Both the position numbers and the translations under genes were made by a program. Of a DNA stretch of 64,000 nt, positions 21,001 to 29,090 are shown piece after piece. Position 1 is the stretch's first letter, and the number at the start of each line of letters is the position of its first letter. A model generated the notes under the pieces. The model worked only from the letters and a program-made list of their open reading frames with translations. It ran no database searches and was not told where the DNA came from. The stretch is taken from the NCBI GenBank assembly GCA_965656495.1, contig CBFHKU010000003.1, positions 127,803-191,802 of the forward strand, read 5' to 3'. Source of the DNA: Coraliomargaritaceae bacterium. GTDB taxonomy: Bacteria > Verrucomicrobiota > Verrucomicrobiia > Opitutales > Coraliomargaritaceae.

Positions 21001-21905
21001 AGCGTGATTCATTCTTTTACGGTCAAGGCAATACACTTTCTGAGTGGGAGGTGACTGGTGAAAACAACTTAACTAACGATGGTGGCTTTCAATGGCCTGC
21101 CTTTATGGCAAATGATACGGGTATAGAGGTCCCAAGTACAGACGTTCTTTCTATTTGTTACTTTAATGGTACTTCTAGTCTTTATGTATTGATGGGTGGG
21201 TCTGTGAATAATCTACTCAAAGTGAACTGGGATGACTCACGAGTGACTAATATTTATGATGCGCCGAGCGGCTTAGAGCGTCTAACCGCCTCTCAGTCAC
21301 AAATAAATATTCCCTGGCTCAGCCTTTTGAGTGATGCAGGCAGTGTTAATCGAGGCGAAACCAGCGAGTTGCCGATGAGGATTGATACAAATACGCTTGA
21401 AGATGGAGATGAGCGAACTGGATATGTCAGAGTTCAATCTTTGGAAAATAATGCTTACGAATTGGTAACGGTCAAATTAACGGTTGGTGCCTTGGGCCTT
21501 GATCCCTCTTATGTGGCGTGGTATCAGAGCTTCTTTGCACGAGATCCTCTGGCAAGTGGCATGAGCTATGATTCGGACAATGATGGTATTGCGAATGCTT
21601 TGGAATATGTGATCGGAACTAACCCTGCCGTGATTGATCCAAATCCAGAAGAAGTCGGTGTACCCAAGGTCATGGAAGATCCCGATGATGGCAATATATA
21701 CATGAAATTTAACCGTCGCGCTGGCTTGCCGGATGGCGCAGTGGAAATTCAGGGGAAAGCCAACCTCACCGATGATTGGCAAAACCTGGTTGAGGGAACG
21801 GATTATGAAATAATTAAGAAGGAGACTGTCGATGGCATCGATAGATTGACAATCTCAACCCCTTTTACCAACTCGGCATTTTTCAGATTATTGATTTCTC
21901 TTTAA
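18069..21905 (+). CDS. Large S8 subtilisin-like serine protease with beta-rich C-terminal domains
   Basis: Catalytic triad VAVLDSG / GHGTHVAG / GTSMAAPHVAG; N-terminal hydrophobic segment; AT-richer than flanking genes. Confidence 0.93.
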   Translation: MKFKKYHFGVFSILLIAIFVVSLSLFENSNDLQKDSGESTQSSSTLPNENSENEWNEAGTSNLKPVTADNDALTDESPEFEKLVTNPLEVARKRWLEEKIINKSEDNGYYRTTFYKAHDFKYSKIRVDETYDLNPDTNSEARLLSRAAYVADHFLIRLRKDQEGLVDAMLAKFPELKIRKELDTNEHVLLEFDLNHYDIDLFNFWSARLRAYGLNAEKDFITSASQATPFDPGFAQQWALHNTGQDGGTDDADIDAIEAWEIQQGSSDVIVAVLDSGVDLDHVDLVTNLWTTTVNGNIIRGYDFVNGGTNPEDDHNAGHGTHVAGIIGAKPNNSRGIAGVNWNVRIMPIKVLNANNVGTTSDVIAGINRAVLSGANIINMSLGSVGPGSNDDSDSYYYALKQARDHNENGILVVASAGNGNGSDNDTFPRYPASYDLNNIIAVGSSDDDDAMAGHSNIGATSVDLVAPGEEIYSTLPNNEYGDLTGTSMAAPHVAGAAALLLAEDPNQSYEDLRTRILNSVDKKDAFKDVTVTGGRLNLNNALAAYGGAQVQATNIILTPLGNNDDFWTEGEPLQIDVGIKNFGGGNATNIVMNLEITQGGNYATITSAATSPINSIANMAPNQEAYLSDAFQLTAGNLGDFDFEQEVEIKLTISCTGGLSTIAYKDAVIYQTASLSGYVFDGEDGTTPIAGATVKLSANLSALGNIELEEETAADGSYNFSLFTGLVSVNVEAVDYETSATKVFDLTPADPDQTHNFELGVSRFAVRTPTIELTIPRETTQRVPALIENTGTSPVPLFFNSQVSESNNFYIGQQLFGLKGVGTNTPTLVLINQYSLQASEEISLNLPDGHFAVDVTYFQGGVWILTTSDTGAAALVEYSGEDFTFLRQVDLDIANTSAVSIEGLLTIPFPDTDAESGRTEVLGLLVRRRLFFFDPFLYRVNPGAIDRADLTISVAEVNVNFLIFGDRSFYFGAYGGERDSFFYGQGNTLSEWEVTGENNLTNDGGFQWPAFMANDTGIEVPSTDVLSICYFNGTSSLYVLMGGSVNNLLKVNWDDSRVTNIYDAPSGLERLTASQSQINIPWLSLLSDAGSVNRGETSELPMRIDTNTLEDGDERTGYVRVQSLENNAYELVTVKLTVGALGLDPSYVAWYQSFFARDPLASGMSYDSDNDGIANALEYVIGTNPAVIDPNPEEVGVPKVMEDPDDGNIYMKFNRRAGLPDGAVEIQGKANLTDDWQNLVEGTDYEIIKKETVDGIDRLTISTPFTNSAFFRLLISL

Positions 21906-21911
21906 GATTTT

Positions 21912-21940
21912 AAAGGCCCGCCATCCGGCGGGCCTTTTTT
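21912..21940 (+). terminator. Intrinsic terminator
   Basis: AAAGGCCCGCC-ATCC-GGCGGGCCTTTTTT perfect stem plus T-run. Confidence 0.85.
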
Positions 21941-21970
21941 ATGTCTGTCAAAAATAGACCTTCGCCCGCG

Positions 21971-22000
21971 ACCTTCCCACTTTCGTACTTTCCTACCTAC
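21971..22000. repeat. 8-nt periodic repeat arm A (CCTTCCCA/CTTTCGTA/CTTTCCTA)
   Basis: Reverse complement resembles 22384-22424; same orientation as 22795-22828. Confidence 0.7.
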
Positions 22001-22056
22001 AACCCTCATCTCCGTTCTTGTTTTTGAGCTCCGGCGGCTTTATGCTGGTCGACATC

Positions 22057-22371
22057 ATGATCGAACTGGTTAAAAAATCAATGTTGGCGGGCTTGGGACT
22101 CGCCGTCGTGACGAAAGACAAAGTGCTGGAGTCATTGCATGAATTAGTGGAGAAGGGGAACCTCTCCAAAGAGGAAGCCGCCGCGATGTCGGAAAAGATC
22201 GTGGCAGCGGGCGAGGCCGAAACCGAGAAGGCGAAGGTCGAGGCGAGTCAGCTCTTCAATCAGCTCCTACAGCGCGCCAATGTCGTGACCAAGGATCAAT
22301 ACGACGCCCTCGCGGCGCGGGTCACGGAACTGGAGGGGCGCCTGCATAAGGAGTTTCCAAACGCTGATTGA
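22057..22371 (+). CDS. Phasin-like coiled-coil protein
   Basis: MIELVKKSMLAGLG..TKDK..ELVEKG.LS.EEA..VTKDQYDALAARVTELE pattern, typical of small proteins preceding ABC1/UbiB kinases. Confidence 0.75.
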   Translation: MIELVKKSMLAGLGLAVVTKDKVLESLHELVEKGNLSKEEAAAMSEKIVAAGEAETEKAKVEASQLFNQLLQRANVVTKDQYDALAARVTELEGRLHKEFPNAD

Positions 22372-22382
22372 GCGGCGTTTGG

Positions 22383-22424
22383 AGTGGGAAGGTGTGAAAG
22401 TATAAAAGTGGGAAGGTGTGAAAG
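22383..22424. repeat. 8-nt periodic repeat arm B, containing 2x AGTGGGAAGGTGTGAAAG
   Basis: Exact 18-nt direct repeat at 22383-22400 and 22407-22424. Confidence 0.85.
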
Positions 22425-22442
22425 CTATGAGGGTAAAATATC

Positions 22443-22793
22443 ATGAGTGATTTTGCAGAGCGGTTTGAGGATCTGCGCATTTGGCAGGAGGCGCGTGGTT
22501 TGGTGAATGCGATTTATGAGGCGATGGGCGAGTGTCGGGACTATGCCTTTAAGGATCAAATTACACGGGCGACAGTCTCAACAATGAATAATATTGCTGA
22601 AGGTTTTGAGCGCCGCTCTTCGAGGGACTTTGGTCATTTTTTGGACATTGCGAAAGGTTCTGCCGGTGAAGTTCGAAGTATGCTTTATCTCGCGGAAGAC
22701 CTGAAGCTAATCGGTTCAGCCCTTTCCAAGAATTTAAGAGAAAAAGCACGCGTACTTTCTGCGGGGATTGCTGCCTTTCGCCGCAAATTATAA
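22443..22793 (+). CDS. Four-helix-bundle protein (23S rRNA intervening-sequence protein family)
   Basis: FEDLRIWQEA..DQITRATVS..NIAEGFER..F..FL.IAKGS.GEVRS.LYLA signature. Confidence 0.9.
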   Translation: MSDFAERFEDLRIWQEARGLVNAIYEAMGECRDYAFKDQITRATVSTMNNIAEGFERRSSRDFGHFLDIAKGSAGEVRSMLYLAEDLKLIGSALSKNLREKARVLSAGIAAFRRKL

Positions 22794-22794
22794 A

Positions 22795-22828
22795 ACCTTC
22801 ACACTTTCAAACCTTTCCACCTTCCCAC
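22795..22828. repeat. 8-nt periodic repeat arm C, inverted relative to arm B
   Basis: Reverse complement GTGGGAAGGTGGAAAGGTTTGAAAGTGTGAAGGT matches 22384-22417 at 28/34 positions (manual alignment). Confidence 0.85.
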
Positions 22829-22846
22829 CTCAGCTCAGCTGAAACA

Positions 22847-24496
22847 ATGAAACCCTTCAACTACCTCGCCAATGCGGTGCGTGCTCCGGAAATTGTCGCG
22901 ATTCTGGTGCGCTGGGGGTTTGAGGACCTGCTCCTGCAACTGGAAACGCCGCCGCTTTTGTTGCGCAATCTCGTCCGTTCAAAAGTGGCGCATTTGACGC
23001 CCTACGAGCGCCTGCGCAATGCCCTCGAGGAATTGGGTCCGATCTTTGTGAAGTTTGGTCAGGTGCTCTGCACGCGCCCGGACCGTCTGCCGGAACCGCT
23101 GGTGCGGGAATTGAAACGGCTGCGTGATCAGGTGGAGCCGCAGGCCTTTGAAAAGATCGAGCCGGTATTGTTGCGGGAATTAACGGGGGAACTGGATGCG
23201 GTCTTTACCGAATTCGACCCGGTGCCGGTGGCGGCGGGTTCGCTGGGGCAGGTTTACAAGGCGCGGCGCCGCACGGATGGCGCATGGGTTGCAGTGAAGG
23301 TTCAGCGGGCGGAAATCCAGAGTAATATTCGCGCGGATATGGACATCATTGCTTGGTTTGCGCGGCAGTTGCACGCGCGGGTCACGGATTTGCAGCCCTA
23401 CAATCTGCCTGCCTTGGTCGCCGATGCGGAGCGCCGCATTCAGGCGGAATTGGATTACCGGAATGAAGCGGACAATGCCGAAGTGTTCCGCGCCTTGAAT
23501 GCCGGGGAGGCGGGGGTCTTTGCTCCGGCGGTGGATCGTGCCTTGAGTACGCGCCGCCTCTTGGTGACGGAATGGGTGGAGGGCAGTGCTCCGCATTCGG
23601 CGGATCTGGACGCGGCGGCGGCGCGTGAGGTCGCGCTCCTCGGCGGGCGCAGTATGTTTCGTCAAATTGTGGCAACCGGATTTTTCCACGCCGATCCGCA
23701 TGCCGGGAATCTTTTGATCACGCCCGAGGGGCGCGTTTGTTTCTTGGACTGGGGACAGGCGGGTCAAATTACGGTTGAGATGCGCTATGTATTGGCGGAT
23801 TTATTTGCTGCGATTGCGGCGGGGGATGCTTGGGCGGTCACGCAGGTGGCGGAGCGGATGTCGGAGGGACGCCGGCCCATTGAGCAAGGGCGTCTGGAAG
23901 CGGAGGTGACTTATTTGCTGAATCGGCAGGGCAATGCGGGCGCTTTGAAAGCGGAGATCGGGGCTTTGGCGCTCAAGCTCTTGTATATTTTTGGGCGCAA
24001 TGGGGTGGTGGTGCCACCGGATTACGCCTTGCTGGCGAAGGCGATACTTTGCGTGGAGGAAACCGCACGCAGTCTCGATCCGGATTTTGAGATCGAACCG
24101 GTGGCGCGACCCTTCCTTGAGGAATTGGCGCAATCGCGCTGGAGTATTGACGGTTTAAAGCGTCAGGCGCTCTATCCGGCGCTCTCGGCAATGCGTCATT
24201 TGCGGCAGGTCCCCGAGCAGTTGCAGCGTATTCTGCAGCGCGTGGAGGCGGAGGATATTCAGATAAACATGCACCACGCCGGGACCGAAAACCTGGAGGA
24301 GACTTTTAACGCCTCAATGAATCGCCTGACGGCGGGTATTATTGTCGGATCGCTGGTGATTGGTTCCTCGCTTGTGATTACGACTGGAGTTAAGCCCCTA
24401 TTGATGGGCTATCCCGTTCTAGGCTTGCTTGGTTTTCTTGCTTCATTCTTACTGGGGTTATACATCCTTATATCAACGTTTAAGAATCACCGCTGA
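22847..24496 (+). CDS. ABC1/UbiB/AarF family atypical kinase
   Basis: LEELGPIFVKFGQ, AAGSLGQVY, VAVKVQR, FFHADPHAGN, LDWG; two C-terminal TM segments. Confidence 0.92.
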   Translation: MKPFNYLANAVRAPEIVAILVRWGFEDLLLQLETPPLLLRNLVRSKVAHLTPYERLRNALEELGPIFVKFGQVLCTRPDRLPEPLVRELKRLRDQVEPQAFEKIEPVLLRELTGELDAVFTEFDPVPVAAGSLGQVYKARRRTDGAWVAVKVQRAEIQSNIRADMDIIAWFARQLHARVTDLQPYNLPALVADAERRIQAELDYRNEADNAEVFRALNAGEAGVFAPAVDRALSTRRLLVTEWVEGSAPHSADLDAAAAREVALLGGRSMFRQIVATGFFHADPHAGNLLITPEGRVCFLDWGQAGQITVEMRYVLADLFAAIAAGDAWAVTQVAERMSEGRRPIEQGRLEAEVTYLLNRQGNAGALKAEIGALALKLLYIFGRNGVVVPPDYALLAKAILCVEETARSLDPDFEIEPVARPFLEELAQSRWSIDGLKRQALYPALSAMRHLRQVPEQLQRILQRVEAEDIQINMHHAGTENLEETFNASMNRLTAGIIVGSLVIGSSLVITTGVKPLLMGYPVLGLLGFLASFLLGLYILISTFKNHR

Positions 24497-24521
24497 AATC
24501 TACTCGGCTAACGACCTATAC

Positions 24522-25235
24522 ATGACAGTTAAGCAATCCGGCAACCCTGCTCCGCCGGCGGACAATTTGGCCTTGCGGAGCCTTGTGCACGACCTGAACA
24601 ATTTAATTACGGTTATACAAGGTAATCTTACCTTGGCACGTGAGGCATTACCTGAAGGGGAATCATCACAAAGAAATCTGGTTGCAGCGGAGCAGGCGAT
24701 GGGGCAGCTGCGCCCGCTCATCGGTCAATTGGCGTCCCTGCATCAGCCGCTTGGCGCAGAGCAGGTAACGGCGGCGAAGCCCTTGGCGCGGGAATGTCTG
24801 GCGATCTGTCTTGGGAGTAGTCCGGTGACCGGGCAGTTGAAGGTGGAGGCAGACCTCCCGGCGGTGGCGATGGAGCGGAGTTCATTGGCGCGCATTATCA
24901 ATAATCTCTTAATTAACGCCCGGGAGGCCATGCCGCAGGGGGGTCGCGTGGTCTTGCGTCTCTCCCGTCTGGGAGATTCAGAGCTTTTTCCGGAGGAATT
25001 ACCGCGCGGTGATTATGTCGTATTTGAACTGACGGACAATGGGCCCGGCATTGCGCCCGAGTTGCTGAACCGTATTTTTGAGCCGAATTACAGTGAAAAA
25101 GTATGGGGTCAGGGCTTGGGTTTGGCTTCCAGTCGTGCCTTGGCAGCGGCGAGCGGGGGCACCCTGACGGCACGTTCCACGCTGGGTCAGGGGGCTACTT
25201 TCCGTTTGATTTTGCCCAGCGCAGGCAATCCCTGA
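24522..25235 (+). CDS. Sensor-less histidine kinase (HisKA + HATPase only)
   Basis: H-box VHDLNNL, N-box NLLINAREAM, DNGPGI, IFEP, GQGLGL; only about 20 aa precede the H-box. Confidence 0.85.
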   Translation: MTVKQSGNPAPPADNLALRSLVHDLNNLITVIQGNLTLAREALPEGESSQRNLVAAEQAMGQLRPLIGQLASLHQPLGAEQVTAAKPLARECLAICLGSSPVTGQLKVEADLPAVAMERSSLARIINNLLINAREAMPQGGRVVLRLSRLGDSELFPEELPRGDYVVFELTDNGPGIAPELLNRIFEPNYSEKVWGQGLGLASSRALAAASGGTLTARSTLGQGATFRLILPSAGNP

Positions 25236-25346
25236 ATAAAGCCGAACTGGGCTCTACCCGCCCTCCAGCGGTTTATTTTTCTTTAAATGGAACCTTTTCA
25301 TCGACATCTTTACGTATGTTAAAAGTATTATACCTATCTACTTATC

Positions 25347-26066
25347 ATGATGAAAACTACATATAACTCCCGCAAAGGATTCACGCTGATCGAAATGATT
25401 GGTGTTTTGGCTATTATTGGTATTCTCGCTGCCGTGGTGGCACCCCGTGTAATCGAATCGATTCGCGATGCCAAGGTAACATCTGCAATCTCATCGGTCA
25501 ACGCCGCTAAGACTGCTGTGTTGAACTACTACCAGCGCTACGACCGTATTCCATTGGACGGCGCTTTGGCAAATTATGCAAACAATCGCCCAGGTGCATC
25601 TGGTAATGCTCCCGCTAATCTTGCCACCAATGCGGATACCTTGGGGCATATCCTTTTCTACCAAGAGTTGCTGATGGAAGAAATCAAGACTCCCATCGGA
25701 GAAGCGGAGTCTGGCACCAAAGACTTTGCAGTCGGATGTGTTTCAACTGCCGGTGGGGGTGCTTGTGATGCAGGAGGAGGCAGTGAATCTTATGCGAATG
25801 ACTCAACTTTTTCCTTTAAATCTGCCGGTAATGCTACTCGTGTAGCGTATTATTACATTCCAAATCTGACTAGACAAGAAGCCGCTGCGCTAGGCACCAA
25901 GGTGAATGGCCCATTCCCGGTAACCGTTCAGGGTGAATCTGCAATCATTGCGGAATCTACTATCGGTTCGGGTGCCCTATCAAATATCGAAGGCGCCAAT
26001 TGCTGGTTTGTAGAAAATAGCAGTGGAGGCACCTTCGACGCCTATCTCTACGTGGCGCACCAGTAG
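25347..26066 (+). CDS. Type IV pilin / pseudopilin (class III signal peptide)
   Basis: RKG|FTLIEMIGVLAIIGILAAVVAP prepilin motif with Glu5. Confidence 0.92.
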   Translation: MMKTTYNSRKGFTLIEMIGVLAIIGILAAVVAPRVIESIRDAKVTSAISSVNAAKTAVLNYYQRYDRIPLDGALANYANNRPGASGNAPANLATNADTLGHILFYQELLMEEIKTPIGEAESGTKDFAVGCVSTAGGGACDAGGGSESYANDSTFSFKSAGNATRVAYYYIPNLTRQEAAALGTKVNGPFPVTVQGESAIIAESTIGSGALSNIEGANCWFVENSSGGTFDAYLYVAHQ

Positions 26067-26110
26067 TCCTCGTACCTGACCTGATACTCTGAATCTTAAC
26101 AACATTCGCC

Positions 26111-27886
26111 TTGAGCGAAACTGACATTCAGTCAAAAAGTAACGGTCAGGCCTCCATAAAAATGGAGGCCTGGCTTGTTTCTGAGGGGGCGCTTACGCAA
26201 TCTCAGGCCGATTTGGCGGCGCGCGAAGCGACGCGCCTGAGCCTGAGTTTTAGTGAGGTCGTGCAACGTCTGGGCTTGGTTACCAGTGACCAGTTGGCGC
26301 TTTACCGTTCGGTGCGGGGTCAGCTCAGCACCGCCCGCGATTTCATTGCGACGGGTTCCGGCGACCAATCGCACCTCAGTCTGCGGCGGCTCGTCTTGAG
26401 TGATGCCCTGCGTGAACGACTGCCACTGGACTTGTGTCAAAGCACCGTCTCCATTCCCATCGCGGAGCGCAACAATGCCCTTTGGGTGGCATGCGCCAAC
26501 CCCTTTGATTTGCCGACCCTCAAGCGTTTGGAAGGCGCGGCGGGGCAAGCGGTGGAAGCCCTGCCGGCTTCCGAGACCGACATCCGTCTCGCGATCAACC
26601 GCAACTATCGCGCGCACCAGGATCTTTACGATGCGGTCGCCGCTATCATCAAGATGGATGAGGCGGAATTGGAAGAGCAGGGCTCGGACGATGCTCCCAT
26701 GATTCGTCTCGCCGAGCAAATTCTACTCCATGCCGCAACCCGCGAGGCGAGCGATGTGCACCTGCACGCCGAGGAACGATTTTTCCGCATCCGTTTACGG
26801 GTGGACGGGGTTTTGGAAGAGGGCTTGCTTTTGCCAAGCGCGATTCGCAGCGCCCTGACGGCGCGCTTTAAAATTTTGGCAGGGATGGACACCGCGGAGG
26901 ATCGCCTTCCGCAGGATGGGCGTATTCATTTCCCGATTGGTTCAGAGGAGGTGGACATCCGGGTGTCGAGCCTGCCCTGCAGCAATGGAGAAAGCATTGT
27001 GATGCGTCTTTTGGATCAGTCGCGCCTCAAGCTGGACCTACCGACTCTGGGATTTTCAGAGGCGCAGCAGACCCAACTCACCGAGGTTTTGAATCAGCCC
27101 TACGGGGTGTTTTTGATTACCGGTCCCACCGGTAGCGGTAAAACTACGACGCTCTATACACTGCTGGGCATGATCGACGCCGAGGAGCGCAGTGTTTTCA
27201 CGCTTGAAGATCCGATTGAATACCGGATGCCGCTGATTCGGCAGACGCAGGTGAAAGATGATATCGGCTTGAGTTTCTCGGCGGGCTTGCGGACCCTTTT
27301 GCGTCAGGACCCGGATGTGATTTTGGTGGGTGAGACCCGCGACCAGGTGACCGCAGAACTGATGGTTCGCGCGGCATTGACGGGTCACTTGGTTTTCTCG
27401 ACCTTGCACACGAACGACGCCTTAAGTGCGGTGCCGCGTCTGAATGATCTCGGAGTGCCGCCTTATCTTTTGGCGGGCAGTTTATTAGGATTGAGTGCCC
27501 AGCGACTCGCGCGGCGCCTCTGCCCGATTTGCCGTGAAAGTTTTGAGATGAGCGCGAAGGAATGGAACGCCTTGGCAGGCCAGGGGAGCCCTTTGCTCAC
27601 AGAGACCGCGGTCACGCTCCATCGCCCTGCGGGATGTGAGGCGTGCGCGCAGAAAGGTTATAGTGGACGCGTCAGCATTGCAGAAATTGTGGAGGTGGAT
27701 AAGGCAGTGCGCGGCTGGATTGAGCATGGAAAATCGGTGGGTACGATGCAGGAGCAATTGCGTGCGTCGGGCGTTTCTTTCATGCGGGATGATGGATTGG
27801 CAAAAGCTTTAGCCGGACTGACGAGTGTGGAAGAAATCGCACGGGTGGTACAGTTGGAGAGCGAGGAGGTGCTGGACGATGCCTGA
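26111..27886 (+). CDS. PilB/GspE-family assembly ATPase
   Basis: ASDVH, RLPQDG, GPTGSGKTTTLY, TLEDPIEY, LRQDPDVILVGE, GHLVFSTLHTN, CxxC..CxxC. Confidence 0.95.
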   Translation: MSETDIQSKSNGQASIKMEAWLVSEGALTQSQADLAAREATRLSLSFSEVVQRLGLVTSDQLALYRSVRGQLSTARDFIATGSGDQSHLSLRRLVLSDALRERLPLDLCQSTVSIPIAERNNALWVACANPFDLPTLKRLEGAAGQAVEALPASETDIRLAINRNYRAHQDLYDAVAAIIKMDEAELEEQGSDDAPMIRLAEQILLHAATREASDVHLHAEERFFRIRLRVDGVLEEGLLLPSAIRSALTARFKILAGMDTAEDRLPQDGRIHFPIGSEEVDIRVSSLPCSNGESIVMRLLDQSRLKLDLPTLGFSEAQQTQLTEVLNQPYGVFLITGPTGSGKTTTLYTLLGMIDAEERSVFTLEDPIEYRMPLIRQTQVKDDIGLSFSAGLRTLLRQDPDVILVGETRDQVTAELMVRAALTGHLVFSTLHTNDALSAVPRLNDLGVPPYLLAGSLLGLSAQRLARRLCPICRESFEMSAKEWNALAGQGSPLLTETAVTLHRPAGCEACAQKGYSGRVSIAEIVEVDKAVRGWIEHGKSVGTMQEQLRASGVSFMRDDGLAKALAGLTSVEEIARVVQLESEEVLDDA

Positions 27887-29090
27887 GTTTCGTTATAAGG
27901 CCGTTAGCCCGGAAGGCCGGGTCACTCAAGGGGTGCGCGAAGCGGAAACGCAGGGTCGCTTGCGCGAGGTTCTTGAAATGGAGAACCTTGAGTTGGTGGA
28001 GTGCGCCTTAAAGGATCGCTCCAGTGGCGGTCGCTATAAACGCCTAAAGATGCAGACCGCCGATTTGGCAAATTTGCTCTTCCAATTGGGGATGCAATTG
28101 CGGGCGGGCGTATCGATTGTGGATGCTTTGCGGGCACGCGAGGGAGAGGATGCCGGCGGGGTGCAGGGAACGGTGCGGCAACGCCTCGCGGAGGTAGTGG
28201 AACAGGGCACACCCATGAGCGAAGGCCTCACGCAGTTCCCGCGCATTTTTCCGAGTTACGTGCAGAATGTGGTGCGGGTTGCGGAACGAAGCGGCACCCT
28301 GGCAGAAAATCTAATTTCCCTGCGGGCGTATATGGAATGGCTCGACCAGAACTGGAAAACTTTTAAACAGGCGATGCTTTATCCCATGTTTGTGGTGGCG
28401 GCGCTGGTGGTTTTTATCTTTATCGCGCTGCGTTTTATTTTTCCGACGGTTGTAGAACTCCTGTATGAATTGGAGATCCCGCTCCCACTGGTCACGCGCA
28501 TCATGATTGCGGCGAGTGATTTTGTAGTGGGCTACTGGATCTGGATCTTGGCAGCGGGTTTTTTGTTGCCGATCGGCCTGCGAATTTTGTTTCGGGTTTC
28601 CAGCACGGCGGCGTATTGGCGGGACCGCTTTCTTATTAGTATTCCCTATCTGGGTAGCGTGATCCGCACTCTCTCAATCGCACGTTTCCTGCGGAGCCTC
28701 ATCCTCATGCAGAAAGCGGGAATCGTAATTACCGATTCCCTGCGCATGGCGCGGGATGTGGTGGGCAATCGGGTGATTGAGGCAAGCGTCATAAAGATTG
28801 AGACTGCGGTAGCGAACGGTTCCACCATGAGCAGTAGCATGTCGAAGGATGCCACTTTTCCGGCGTTGGTGCGCACCATGGTGGGAGTCGGTGAACGCAG
28901 CGGTTCCCTCGATGAATCCCTCGAGGCGGTGGTGTCTTATTATGACGACCTCGTGCCGCGTAAGATTAAGGCTTTCTTCGCGGTGTTGGAGCCGACCCTT
29001 ATTGTGACGACGGTTTTGCTTGCGGGCTTTGTCGCGGCAGCGGTTTTTCTTCCACTCGTACAAATGCTCAGCCCGGGAGCCCTGAATTAA
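27879..29090 (+). CDS. PilC/GspF-family inner-membrane platform protein
   Basis: MPEFRYKA start, AERSGTL, AMLYP, LPLVTR, GERSGSLD, LEP..F.P duplicated T2SSF domains. Confidence 0.93.
   Translation: MPEFRYKAVSPEGRVTQGVREAETQGRLREVLEMENLELVECALKDRSSGGRYKRLKMQTADLANLLFQLGMQLRAGVSIVDALRAREGEDAGGVQGTVRQRLAEVVEQGTPMSEGLTQFPRIFPSYVQNVVRVAERSGTLAENLISLRAYMEWLDQNWKTFKQAMLYPMFVVAALVVFIFIALRFIFPTVVELLYELEIPLPLVTRIMIAASDFVVGYWIWILAAGFLLPIGLRILFRVSSTAAYWRDRFLISIPYLGSVIRTLSIARFLRSLILMQKAGIVITDSLRMARDVVGNRVIEASVIKIETAVANGSTMSSSMSKDATFPALVRTMVGVGERSGSLDESLEAVVSYYDDLVPRKIKAFFAVLEPTLIVTTVLLAGFVAAAVFLPLVQMLSPGALN

Noticed and set aside
22057..22371. PHA biosynthesis locus
   Set aside because: No phaC/phaA/phaB nearby; the phasin-like + UbiB pairing occurs without PHA genes.
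22443..22793. Diversity-generating retroelement (Avd-like gene)
   Set aside because: No reverse transcriptase and no TR/VR pair with adenine-specific mismatches were noticed in the window.
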